This document shows positions 10,618-19,952 of a stretch of 64,000 nt of DNA, in pieces. Below the pieces are notes generated by a model, which was not told where the DNA came from, made no database searches, and saw only the letters and a program-made list of their open reading frames with translations. Position numbers and translations under genes: made by a program. Origin of the DNA: Bacteroidales bacterium (GTDB taxonomy: Bacteria; Bacteroidota; Bacteroidia; Bacteroidales; UBA932); contig SUYQ01000003.1 of the NCBI GenBank assembly GCA_015060325.1, forward strand, positions 20,528 through 84,527, given 5' to 3'. Every line of letters starts with the position of its first letter. Within the stretch, counting starts at the first letter, position 1.

Positions 10618-11486
10618 TATTCTGCCAGTTTATCGAGACAGAGCTCGATAAGTTTGCGGACCTGAGCCTTGTAGTCAGGATTGCTTGCCTTGTGGTGGCG
10701 ATGTGCAATGATGCAACATACAGTTCCGGCATTATGCCCAAGGTGAGCTGCGATGCCGGCGATTGCAGATCCTTCCATCTCGAAGTTGGTGACTTTCTCG
10801 TCTCCGAACCTGAAGCTCTCGAATGTATCAAGCATGTCTGGCATGGCCAACGGCATACGAAGGACTCGTCCTTGAGGACCGTAGAATCCGGACGCTGCGA
10901 TCGTCATACCCTTGACAGTACAGTCACGGAACTTCTCTATCATCTTCTCGCCGGCCCGTACAAAGTAAGGATCAGGGAGATGCCTGTTCCATCCGGTATG
11001 TTTCTTAAAGGCCTCCTCCATGTCAAGAAGTGATATCTTGTCTCTGTCTGCATACCAGTTAAGAAGGCCGTCGCAACCTACTGAGATATGTGAGAAGACG
11101 AAAGCTCCGAGAGGGATTTCCGGCTGGATGGCACCGGAAGTGCCGATACGGAGAATATTGAGTGTGCGATGTTCAGGCTTGACCTCTCTTGTCTGGAAGT
11201 CGATATTTGCAAGAGCATCCAGTTCATTCATCACAATATCTATATTATCTGTACCGATACCTGTTGAAAGCGCTGTCATCCTGACCCCTTTGTACTTACC
11301 GGTTACGGAAACAAATTCCCGTGACTGATGTCTGAATTCCTTCTCGTCAAAATATTCTGCAATCATATCGACTCTGCCGGGATCTCCGACCAGGATCACA
11401 TTGTCGGCCAGCTCTTCCGGACGAAGGTGAAGGTGAAATACCGAACCGTCGCCATTGATTATAAGTTCTGATTCTGCGATTTTCAT
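10617..11486 (-). CDS. udp: Nucleoside (uridine/purine) phosphorylase, PNP_UDP_1 family
   Basis: VGDPGRV, STGIG, RIGTSG, FYGPQGR, NFEMEG motifs. Confidence 0.85.
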   Translation of the reverse strand: MKIAESELIINGDGSVFHLHLRPEELADNVILVGDPGRVDMIAEYFDEKEFRHQSREFVSVTGKYKGVRMTALSTGIGTDNIDIVMNELDALANIDFQTREVKPEHRTLNILRIGTSGAIQPEIPLGAFVFSHISVGCDGLLNWYADRDKISLLDMEEAFKKHTGWNRHLPDPYFVRAGEKMIEKFRDCTVKGMTIAASGFYGPQGRVLRMPLAMPDMLDTFESFRFGDEKVTNFEMEGSAIAGIAAHLGHNAGTVCCIIAHRHHKASNPDYKAQVRKLIELCLDKLAE

Positions 11487-11488
11487 AT

Positions 11489-11955
11489 TCTTTTCGTTTA
11501 ATGGTTGTTCGTATGTTGGATCTGACTGGTGCCGATGAGTAGGTCGAGGGGAAAAATATGAAAATCATTACGTTACCCTTTCCCTAAATCCCTTTCCTCA
11601 GGAAAGGGACTTACCATCGCTCCGCTCAAATCTCTTTTCGTTTAATGGTTGTTCGTATGTTGGATCTGACTGGTGCCGATGAGTAGGTCGAGGGGAAAAT
11701 ATGAAAATCATTACGTTACCCTTTCCCTAAATCCCTTTCCTCAGGAAAGGGACTTACCATCGCTCCGCTCAAATCTCTTTTCGTTTAATGGTTGTTCGTA
11801 TGTTGGATCTGACTGGTACCGATGAGTAGGTCGAGGGGGAAAATATGAAAATCATTACGTTACCCTTTCCCTAAATCCCTTTCCTCAGGAAAGGGACTTA
11901 CCATCGCTACGCTCAAATCTCTTTTCGTTTAATGGTTGTTCGTATGTTGGATCTG
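11489..11955. repeat. Tandem repeat: three 143-144 bp units plus a fourth copy of the 36-bp head
   Basis: TCTTTTCGTTTAATGGTTGTTCGTATGTTGGATCTG starts at 11489, 11633, 11776 and 11920; the intervening ~108 bp are near-identical. Confidence 0.97.
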
Positions 11956-11956
11956 T

Positions 11957-11993
11957 CAAATTTAGTTTTTTACTTTGAATTTTCCTATTTTTG
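11957..11993. promoter_or_regulatory. Divergent -7 boxes for udp (minus, 11957-11964) and the DUF4293 gene (plus, 11986-11993)
   Basis: TAAATTTG on minus; TATTTTTG on plus. Confidence 0.65.
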
Positions 11994-12010
11994 CATCAAA
12001 TATAGAATAT

Positions 12011-12445
12011 ATGTGGAAGAGAATACAAAATCTTTACCTTGCCATATCAACGGCATTCATCATATCAATGCTTTTCTGTAAAATAGGCAACATTCCTGCA
12101 GAAACCGGAAACGACTCGATTATCAGATATCATGAGATAAACTCATTTCTTATAATGATCATCATGATACTGGTCGCCAATATAATGGCCATAATATGTC
12201 TCAAAAAACCTCTTTTACAAGGAAGGGTATCTCTTATAAGCGCCCTGCTGATGATCGGATTCCAGATCTGGCTGGGCATTTCATACATAAAATTCAAGGG
12301 ATGGATGGTATTCTCGGTCAGCATGCTGTTTCCTCTGCTCTGCGCCTTCCTTAACTTCATGGCAGCACGCAGTGCGATGATAGACGGACTTACAATACAG
12401 ACCCTGAACAAGAAAAAGAAAGCGTCTCCTAAAAGAAGACGCTGA
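12011..12445 (+). CDS. DUF4293-family membrane protein
   Basis: MWKRIQNLYL N-terminus typical of this Bacteroidota family; four hydrophobic segments. Confidence 0.7.
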   Translation: MWKRIQNLYLAISTAFIISMLFCKIGNIPAETGNDSIIRYHEINSFLIMIIMILVANIMAIICLKKPLLQGRVSLISALLMIGFQIWLGISYIKFKGWMVFSVSMLFPLLCAFLNFMAARSAMIDGLTIQTLNKKKKASPKRRR

Positions 12446-12449
12446 TTCT

Positions 12450-14171
12450 CTATTCTACAAGTTTCGAAGCACGCTCCAGTGCCGGAACTATATGAGGGAA
12501 TATATTCTCCCTTCCGATTTCCTGATCCACCCCAAACTTTACCAAAGTTTCATTCACCTTATCTGTAACACCCGAAAGTATTACGGTAACTCCCCTCTTA
12601 CGGGTACGTTCACACAGGTTTCTCAGGTTATTTACACCTGTAGAGTCAATGAAAGGCACACGGCGCATCCTGATGATACGTACCTTCACCCCCTTGCCCT
12701 TCATACGCTCCAATTCTTCAAAGCGGCTCGCAAGTCCAAAGAAGAATGGGCCATCAATCTCATAGACTTCCACGCCTGACGGGATAGAGAGACGGTCAGT
12801 ATCCTCCATTGAAGCCTTCTCAGGATCTTCTGTCGCAGCCAGACTATTCCCCTGCAATACACTGACATGGGTGGTCTGCATCACTCGACGGACAAAAAGC
12901 ACGATTGCAAGAAGGACTCCGACTTCAATTGCAATAGTCAGGTCAAAAATCACTGTGAGGAAGAATGTCAGAAGAAGTACAGAAACATCAGAGCGATCAC
13001 CTCTGAGAAGATACTTGAATGTCTTCCATTCACTCATGTTATATGCAACCTGAACAAGTATGGCAGCCAGACAAGCCATAGGAACATATGACACATAAGG
13101 CATAAGGAAAAGGAAAATAAGCAATAAGACGACTGCATGAACAAGTCCGGTGACCGGAGACTTTCCTCCGTTATTTATACTTGCCATCGTTCTTGCGAGG
13201 GCACCGGTAGCAGGAATACCGCCAAAAAACGGTGTGACAATGTTAGCCACGCCTTGACCTATCAGCTCTGTATTGGCGTGATGGCGTTTTCCTGTCGCAC
13301 CGTCAGCGACCATTGCTGCCAACAATGATTCCACAGCACAAAGAATCGCAATGGTGAATGCAGGCGACACAAGCGCCGGAAGCTGTGAGAACTGAAAATC
13401 AGCCACACTGAAGGTAACTGCATCTCCAGACGCACTCTGGCCGGAACCGATCGTCGCAAAAGAATAATCTGTAAAATGACTTGTCAACAATGAGACGACA
13501 ACAGCAAAGATCAAGGCTATCAGAGATCCCGGAACCTTCTTGCTGACACGTTTCCATGTAAAGCATATTACCAGGCATGCAATGCTGAGCAATGTCTCCC
13601 ACCAATTTACTGCACCCTCAGTGAAATAGAATATCCACTTTCTGATGAACTCACTCGGCACACCGGAATAGAACTCCTCAGGCATTTCACCAAGACCCAG
13701 TCCAAAGAAATTATTCATCTGGGTTGAAAAGATCGTAAGAGCAATACCACTGGTAAATCCCACCACAATAGGATATGGTATATACTTGAATATCTCACCC
13801 ATCTTGAATACTCCCATCAGGACGAGGAATATACCTGCCATGATAGTAGCAATAAAAAGACCCTGAACACCATAACCGGCTATTATTCCGGTTATTATGA
13901 CAATAAATGCGCCGGTTGGTCCTCCTATGAGGAAATCCGAACCTCCTAGAAAAGAGATTAGGAATCCTGCCACTATAGCAGTGATAAGTCCATTCTGAGG
14001 AGGGACACCACTCGCAGTTGCGAAGGCTATGGCCAATGGCAGAGCAATGATACCGACAATCAGACCGGCCATGAGATCGGAAGCAAAGGTCTTCCTGTCA
14101 TACCGTCCTTTCTTGAACAGCCCGAAAAACTTGGGCTGAAATACTTCATTAAGGTTAAATTTCATATACAC
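12450..14171 (-). CDS. SulP-family anion transporter with STAS domain
   Basis: DLMAGLIVGIIALPLAIAFA, GPTGAF, PATGALART, C-terminal DGPFFFG...IDSTG STAS domain. Confidence 0.93.
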   Translation of the reverse strand: MYMKFNLNEVFQPKFFGLFKKGRYDRKTFASDLMAGLIVGIIALPLAIAFATASGVPPQNGLITAIVAGFLISFLGGSDFLIGGPTGAFIVIITGIIAGYGVQGLFIATIMAGIFLVLMGVFKMGEIFKYIPYPIVVGFTSGIALTIFSTQMNNFFGLGLGEMPEEFYSGVPSEFIRKWIFYFTEGAVNWWETLLSIACLVICFTWKRVSKKVPGSLIALIFAVVVSLLTSHFTDYSFATIGSGQSASGDAVTFSVADFQFSQLPALVSPAFTIAILCAVESLLAAMVADGATGKRHHANTELIGQGVANIVTPFFGGIPATGALARTMASINNGGKSPVTGLVHAVVLLLIFLFLMPYVSYVPMACLAAILVQVAYNMSEWKTFKYLLRGDRSDVSVLLLTFFLTVIFDLTIAIEVGVLLAIVLFVRRVMQTTHVSVLQGNSLAATEDPEKASMEDTDRLSIPSGVEVYEIDGPFFFGLASRFEELERMKGKGVKVRIIRMRRVPFIDSTGVNNLRNLCERTRKRGVTVILSGVTDKVNETLVKFGVDQEIGRENIFPHIVPALERASKLVE

Positions 14172-14195
14172 TAATTAATACACTAACTATAATCA

Positions 14196-15071
14196 TCATC
14201 TTTGCATATACGTTTCAAAACGTTTTGCACTATTGAGTTCCGCCTCTCGGGCTGAGGCTGCAACCACTTTGGTCTGCACCTTGGATGCCGGTTTCGAGAC
14301 TATCCTCACCATATCTTCAGTCTTTTCAACAGAAGGGAAATCCTTTTCCGAATAAAAGAGGCCCGCACCTATAGGAAAAGATTCTTCACCTTCCTTGACC
14401 GGATGGGGTCCCCACACAGAAATGTAACTTTCACCATATGCCACCTTCTGGCCTTGATGGTAATTGACCCCTGTCAGGAAACACACCTTTTTTCCGGACA
14501 GTTCGCGCGCAGTAACAACTGCCAGACGATCCTTGTCAACCACATCGATTCTTATAGAGATATCGACCAGATCATCACAATACTGTACACCATAGGCAAT
14601 CATCTCGGCATATGCTCCTTTTTTTGTCTCTCCGACTCTTGCAGTGCGTCCTTTGGTCGCTACGAGCTTGACTTCGTTCTCTCCGTCCCAAAGGGCAATA
14701 CCTCCCAGCCCCACAGTCTTCCCAACGATATATCCATCTACACCAAGAGACAATGTATCTCTCTGACCGGCAGTAGGATACCAAAGATACTCCATAAGTT
14801 CCATTCCGCGACCTGACTTTGAATACACATCGATTGCACCGCTGTCATTGAAATACAAGCGAAGAGCATAATGGCTGTTTTCGACTGCAGGACCATGATG
14901 GCCTACCTTATTATACTGATTTCCGACCTCAGCTGCAATCTCCTTGACCTGCAGGGAATCACTGCGCCAGAACAGGCTGGACGCAGTCTGCGCCTGCGCA
15001 CACAGCGACAATATGCAAACAGCCGGAACAATCAGCAAAAAAGCAAACAATCTTTTCATATATTCTATCAT
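14196..15071 (-). CDS. Exported DUF4861-like protein
   Basis: GHHGPAVEN, IDVYSK, VGKTVGLGG motifs; signal peptide (start may be Met5 at 15059). Confidence 0.6.
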   Translation of the reverse strand: MIEYMKRLFAFLLIVPAVCILSLCAQAQTASSLFWRSDSLQVKEIAAEVGNQYNKVGHHGPAVENSHYALRLYFNDSGAIDVYSKSGRGMELMEYLWYPTAGQRDTLSLGVDGYIVGKTVGLGGIALWDGENEVKLVATKGRTARVGETKKGAYAEMIAYGVQYCDDLVDISIRIDVVDKDRLAVVTARELSGKKVCFLTGVNYHQGQKVAYGESYISVWGPHPVKEGEESFPIGAGLFYSEKDFPSVEKTEDMVRIVSKPASKVQTKVVAASAREAELNSAKRFETYMQR

Positions 15072-15607
15072 ATAGGTTTCTCAAAGAAGGAAAAATGCAC
15101 GTTTCCATACTTTCTTTCCTTGCAGAAATAAGGGTGAGATGAAAAATCAAATTCCTGCGGATGCTCCAGAATGAAATATGCACCCGGGTGCAGGATATCC
15201 TGCGCAAACACCTTGTCAGGCAAAGAGTCAAGTCCGTCAAGGGCATAAGGAGGATCAGCAAATATGATATCGAACTTTTCCCGGCATATCTCCAGAAATT
15301 CAAACACATTATGCCGGACAGGAGTAAGGTTCTTCATACCGAACTTCGCCGCCTGGGACTTGATGAAATTTGCATGAAGAGGCAGCATCTCCACGCAATA
15401 TACCATTTCAGCACCACGTGATGCGAACTCATAAGATATTGCGCCAGTACCACCGAAAAGGTCCAGAACCTTCAGGCCTTCCATCTCGAACTCATTGTTG
15501 AGTATATTGAACAGTCCCTCCTTGGCAAAATCTGTAGTCGGCCTGGCCTTATAACCTTGCGGAGGTACTATTGTCTTCCCACGAAATTTTCCACCAATTA
15601 TCCTCAT
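15068..15607 (-). CDS. rsmD: 16S rRNA m2G966 methyltransferase
   Basis: MRIIGGKFRG, ARPTTDFAKEGLFN, LDLFGGTG, DPPY. Confidence 0.92.
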   Translation of the reverse strand: MRIIGGKFRGKTIVPPQGYKARPTTDFAKEGLFNILNNEFEMEGLKVLDLFGGTGAISYEFASRGAEMVYCVEMLPLHANFIKSQAAKFGMKNLTPVRHNVFEFLEICREKFDIIFADPPYALDGLDSLPDKVFAQDILHPGAYFILEHPQEFDFSSHPYFCKERKYGNVHFSFFEKPI

Positions 15608-15622
15608 CCCCAGCTGAAAATA

Positions 15623-16333
15623 TTATAACTGCTCAACGTTTCTGAAATATCTGTAAAGTGAAAGTTCCTGATCTTCCTCAAGAGGTGTCCTGAAGAATAT
15701 TGTAGAGATCTCAGGATTGAGCTGCAACTTCTTCAAGGTCATGAAAAGGAAATACTGAGCAGTTGTAAAATCCGAAGCCTTGAAAGTATTGCAGAACAAT
15801 AGGCTCTTTCCTTGGGCGACAACAAGATACAGATAGTCATCCTTATATGCAGCCAGTATCTTATTGTATTCCGGAATCTCCGAAAGGCTCCTGAGCATAT
15901 AATACGTCTCCGGCATCGGCTTAGCCTTGGATCCGTCAGTCATGAGCACCGTTTCTGACATTACGCGCGAAATAGCCCCTACCATTGTGGTCGAATACAG
16001 CAGAACCGCAGCAAATTCCGGTACAGGGACAAACTCCACAGAGTCCTGATCGGTAAGTTCAACCACATCCGACAGCATCTGCCTTGAAATCTCCGGCAAA
16101 TGGAACTGAGCCGGAACCAGTGCACATTTAGGAGTAAACACCGACACACATACATCTGAATAACGTACCTGGAACTCAGGGGTTCCAAAAATCCGTTCTG
16201 CGCTCATCCAACCGGAGGAACGCACAAAACCGTCTGCGTATATCCTAAAAGAATATCCACTCAAGCCGACTTGAATGGATATCCTGTCTTTCATATCTTT
16301 CATAGTCTTCAGACTACTCCCAGTTTCCTGCAT
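15623..16333 (-). CDS. DUF3822-family protein
   Basis: ISIQVGLSGYSF, LVPAQF, NTF...DFTTAQYFL; adjacent to rsmD. Confidence 0.7.
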   Translation of the reverse strand: MQETGSSLKTMKDMKDRISIQVGLSGYSFRIYADGFVRSSGWMSAERIFGTPEFQVRYSDVCVSVFTPKCALVPAQFHLPEISRQMLSDVVELTDQDSVEFVPVPEFAAVLLYSTTMVGAISRVMSETVLMTDGSKAKPMPETYYMLRSLSEIPEYNKILAAYKDDYLYLVVAQGKSLLFCNTFKASDFTTAQYFLFMTLKKLQLNPEISTIFFRTPLEEDQELSLYRYFRNVEQL

Positions 16334-17048
16334 TATTATTAGGTCTCTCCAAATCTCCTATCTTAAGTCCCGGATAACGATCAGAACTGTCTCTTTCTGC
16401 AATGAGATTGACAACAAGCTGCTTGTCAAGTCCCTTAAGAAGTGAGCTGTACGGCATCTTTGCCTCCAGAAGCGGAGTTCTCACATTAGAGACATCAGCA
16501 ACTATAGCTTTCATCTGAACCGAATCACCACCGCTGAAAGGAATGAATGCCAATGAGTCTACACAGAAATTCGCTCTTTCATTGAAGAGAGTATCCTTGA
16601 TAGGCATCTCATGCTCGATAGAGAATACAAGGCTCATATCACCGGCAAGATAACGCTTGTACAACGAATCCGGAATATCAGCATCCTTCACACGCTTTCT
16701 CTTAAGTTCAGCAATAGCCCTATCAGTATTGACAACTGCAAGAGAGTCATCGGTTGATCCTACCCTGAGAATCACAGGAAGCTTGCCTTCTCTGTAGAAC
16801 ATCTGAAGCGAATCCATTGTAGAAACGTAGCGTCCATTGATATTCTTGTATGCTTCCTGAAGCGTACGTATATCCTTCAATCTTTGAATTGCAACTTCTT
16901 CACGTGATTTCCTTGCGCTTTCAAAATTCAGCGGAGCAGTTATAGACATCCAATTCGCGTAAGCCAGATACAAAATTACCAAAGGCAGAACAACATAGGT
17001 TAAAGCTTTCCTGGTGATGTTCATCACTTTTTCGTTATTAAGTTCCAT
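16314..17048 (-). CDS. Conserved membrane-anchored hypothetical protein
   Basis: N-terminal TM helix; IQRLKDIRTLQEAY, GLKIGDLERPNNNAGNWE; operon context. Confidence 0.7.
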   Translation of the reverse strand: MELNNEKVMNITRKALTYVVLPLVILYLAYANWMSITAPLNFESARKSREEVAIQRLKDIRTLQEAYKNINGRYVSTMDSLQMFYREGKLPVILRVGSTDDSLAVVNTDRAIAELKRKRVKDADIPDSLYKRYLAGDMSLVFSIEHEMPIKDTLFNERANFCVDSLAFIPFSGGDSVQMKAIVADVSNVRTPLLEAKMPYSSLLKGLDKQLVVNLIAERDSSDRYPGLKIGDLERPNNNAGNWE

Positions 17049-17162
17049 TATCGTAAATATAATTTATTAATTCATTCCTGAAAATGCCGGACAAAGTTAT
17101 GAAATTCATTTATGAAATGCAATATAATTTTGTAATTTTGCGAAGTCAAAAAAGTATGACAG

Positions 17163-18215
17163 ATGATGATAATCAACAGACAGGAGACAGAACAGCTGAA
17201 TACTATGCTGCTGAACTCGGCCAGAACAGTGATAGTGACCCATATGAGACCCGACGGAGACGCAATGGGAAGCAGCACTGCCATGTACCACTATCTGAAG
17301 CAGCACACTACAGCCGATGTACGCATAGTATTGAACGACAGATTCCAGCATACCCTTGATTTCCTTACGGAAGGACCGCTGGTGCAGGATATGCACATCT
17401 TTATCGAAGACAGCAAGTCAGCAACTGACTCAATCGCAGATGCGGATCTCTTGATATGTCTGGATTTCAATGCATTTCATAGAACTGACAACCTGTGTCC
17501 CTTGCTAGAATCATCTACTGCGGCAAAAGTGCTGATCGATCATCATCTGTATCCTGATACAAGCAGTTTTGACCTGATATTCTCCAATCCGGAGATATCC
17601 TCCACCTGCGAACTGCTGTACCAGATCCTGATGGCGATGCCACAGATCGGGAACGATGCAACAAGGCTGCCCAAGGAAACCGCCACATCCCTGATGACCG
17701 GCATGACAACAGACACCAACAACTTCGCAAACTCCGTATACCCGTCAACCATGCTGATGGTATCTGCACTGCTGGGAGCTGGCGTCGACCGGGACAACAT
17801 CATCGACAAACTGTACAACCAGCATAGCGAGAGCCGGCTCCGCCTGATGGGACACCTCATGAAAGACCTGCTGTCCATCACCCCTGACGGGGCCGCTTAC
17901 ATCATACTTGACAAGAAGACTCAAGACGAATATAACGTCCAGGAGGGTGATACCGAGGGATTCGTCAACATGCCGCTTTCCATTGCGAAGGTAAGGATGA
18001 GCATCCTTATAAAAGAGGACAGCGGCCGTCTGAGAGTTTCCATCAGATCCAGGAAAGGCACTTCCGCAAACAAATGTGCCCGTTTGCACTTCAACGGAGG
18101 AGGACATGAGAATGCAGCAGGAGGAAGACTGGAAATCCCCGTAGAGGCAGCGGCAGAATACATCGAGAAACATGTTCATGACTACCTGATAGAAGAAGAT
18201 GAAAAGAATGATTAA
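17163..18215 (+). CDS. DHH/DHHA1 phosphoesterase (NrnA-like)
   Basis: HMRPDGDAMGS, CLDFN, IDHH, DTNNF, VSIRS, GGGHENAAG. Confidence 0.92.
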   Translation: MMIINRQETEQLNTMLLNSARTVIVTHMRPDGDAMGSSTAMYHYLKQHTTADVRIVLNDRFQHTLDFLTEGPLVQDMHIFIEDSKSATDSIADADLLICLDFNAFHRTDNLCPLLESSTAAKVLIDHHLYPDTSSFDLIFSNPEISSTCELLYQILMAMPQIGNDATRLPKETATSLMTGMTTDTNNFANSVYPSTMLMVSALLGAGVDRDNIIDKLYNQHSESRLRLMGHLMKDLLSITPDGAAYIILDKKTQDEYNVQEGDTEGFVNMPLSIAKVRMSILIKEDSGRLRVSIRSRKGTSANKCARLHFNGGGHENAAGGRLEIPVEAAAEYIEKHVHDYLIEEDEKND

Positions 18216-18804
18216 AGTAACGGTCTTATGCATTCTTGCGTTGGTTACCGCAAGCTCATGCGTAAAGGAAAAACTCGAAACCACATACAAGAAGCAGGAG
18301 ACGCAGATCGACTCCTACCTGAGCAGGAACAACACTGCAAGAAGAGACTCCACCATCATAAACGAAGACGGGACCACGCGCGACACGACATGGACCGACA
18401 CCCTGAAAATAGTTTACAACGGAGGAGCGGCCCGGCTCGTAAAAACCAAGGGACATGGTCCGGAATTATCTTCACATGGAGCTGTATCATTCTATTATGC
18501 AGGATACATCTTCAAGGGGAACAATGTCAGTTCGGCCAATCTTTTTGCCACCAACCATCAGGAAACAGCCGAAAGTTCAAATTTCAGTCTGACAGACCCA
18601 GACTACTCCCTATATGAAATGAACATCGGAGATACGGAAATGCTGGAAGGATTGAAAAAAGGCCTCATCGGCGTTCAGGCTGGAGAAATGTGCGAAATTC
18701 TGTTCACTGCAAAATACGGTTACGGAAAGCGCACTTTCGGCATAATTCCTGCAAACTCCGCACTGCTCTATAAAATTTGGGTGGTCGGTGTTTCCAATGA
18801 ATGA
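18199..18804 (+). CDS. FKBP-type peptidyl-prolyl isomerase lipoprotein
   Basis: Lipobox ASSC; GLKKGLIG, KYGYG, IPANSALLYKI. Confidence 0.82.
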   Translation: MKRMIKVTVLCILALVTASSCVKEKLETTYKKQETQIDSYLSRNNTARRDSTIINEDGTTRDTTWTDTLKIVYNGGAARLVKTKGHGPELSSHGAVSFYYAGYIFKGNNVSSANLFATNHQETAESSNFSLTDPDYSLYEMNIGDTEMLEGLKKGLIGVQAGEMCEILFTAKYGYGKRTFGIIPANSALLYKIWVVGVSNE

Positions 18805-18853
18805 TGCAATCCGGATTTTTATTATCTTTGCGAGTTAATTTTTATTCACGACA

Positions 18854-19951
18854 ATGAAGAAGTCACTTTCAACAGCATTATACATCGCAGCCGCACTTAT
18901 TGCAACCAGCTGCGCCAAGACAGAAAAAACAGGCCCTAACGACGCCTATCAGCGTTATTTTGATGCATGGATGCAGATAAACCATCCTGACGCCATTCCA
19001 ACTGGATTGGGCATATACATCGTTGACGAGACGACAGGAGAAGGAAAGACTGTAGGAGGAGAAGGCTTTGTACTTGTTGACTACAAGATCACAGACCTCG
19101 ATAAAAACATCTCATCATATACTGACGCAGCTACAGCAAAGCAGCTCGGTGAATTCGCAAAGACAAATTACTATGGTCCGAAGTTCTGGACAACAACGGA
19201 AACCACCCTTCCTGCAGGACTGAGGGAAGCCGTTGTAGGATCAACGGTCGGGACATACAGAAAAGTCATCATTCCAAGCTGGCTGATGTCATACAAGAAT
19301 TATGACAGCGAAGAAGACTATCTCAATCCACCTCTCAAGAAAGACGAGGAATATGATGCATCAAGTTTCTCAAACACAATCTACGAATTCACAATCAAGG
19401 ACTATACTGACGATCCTGCTCAGTGGCAGATCGACTCGATCGGCAGATTCTTCAACAACAGCGAGGTACGCGTGGACGGCAAGCCTGCATCCGAAGTATT
19501 CAGGACTGATGCAGGAACTGTGATGACAGCAGCTGACTCAGTATCGACCGGATTCTATTACAAGCAGCTCAGGGCTCCTGAGAACACTGAAAAATTCGCA
19601 AACGACACCACAATCTATATCAACTATGTCGGCAAGCTCCTCAACGGACTGGTGTTTGACACCAATATTGAAAGAGTAGCAAAAGACAACAATCTTTACT
19701 CCGCATCAAGGTCATACGAACCGATGAGGATCAACTGGGGCGAAGAGGTAACCGACCTTACCATGGGCTCGGACAAGAGTTCCATGATCACCGGTTTCGC
19801 AAAGACGCTTTGGGACATGAAGGCAATGGAAAAGGGCGTGGGAGTGTTCTATTCCAATATCGGATATGGCTATTCCGGCAGCGGTTCAAGCATTCCGGGA
19901 TACTCACCGCTTATCTTTGAAATCGAGATCGTAGCAAAGCCGGAGGAGTAA
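18854..19951 (+). CDS. FKBP-type peptidyl-prolyl isomerase lipoprotein (two FKBP-like domains)
   Basis: Lipobox ATSC; YVGKLLNGLVFDTN, GYG..IPGYSPLIFEIEIV. Confidence 0.85.
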   Translation: MKKSLSTALYIAAALIATSCAKTEKTGPNDAYQRYFDAWMQINHPDAIPTGLGIYIVDETTGEGKTVGGEGFVLVDYKITDLDKNISSYTDAATAKQLGEFAKTNYYGPKFWTTTETTLPAGLREAVVGSTVGTYRKVIIPSWLMSYKNYDSEEDYLNPPLKKDEEYDASSFSNTIYEFTIKDYTDDPAQWQIDSIGRFFNNSEVRVDGKPASEVFRTDAGTVMTAADSVSTGFYYKQLRAPENTEKFANDTTIYINYVGKLLNGLVFDTNIERVAKDNNLYSASRSYEPMRINWGEEVTDLTMGSDKSSMITGFAKTLWDMKAMEKGVGVFYSNIGYGYSGSGSSIPGYSPLIFEIEIVAKPEE

Positions 19952-19952
19952 G

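Noticed and set aside
11521-11570. Hammerhead ribozyme (CCGATGAG...GAAA)
   Set aside because: The core deviates from CUGAUGA, and I cannot form stem II or the other flanking stems.
11489-11955. CRISPR array (36-bp repeats)
   Set aside because: The intervening blocks are ~108 bp and near-identical rather than unique 30-40 bp spacers; no cas genes in the window.
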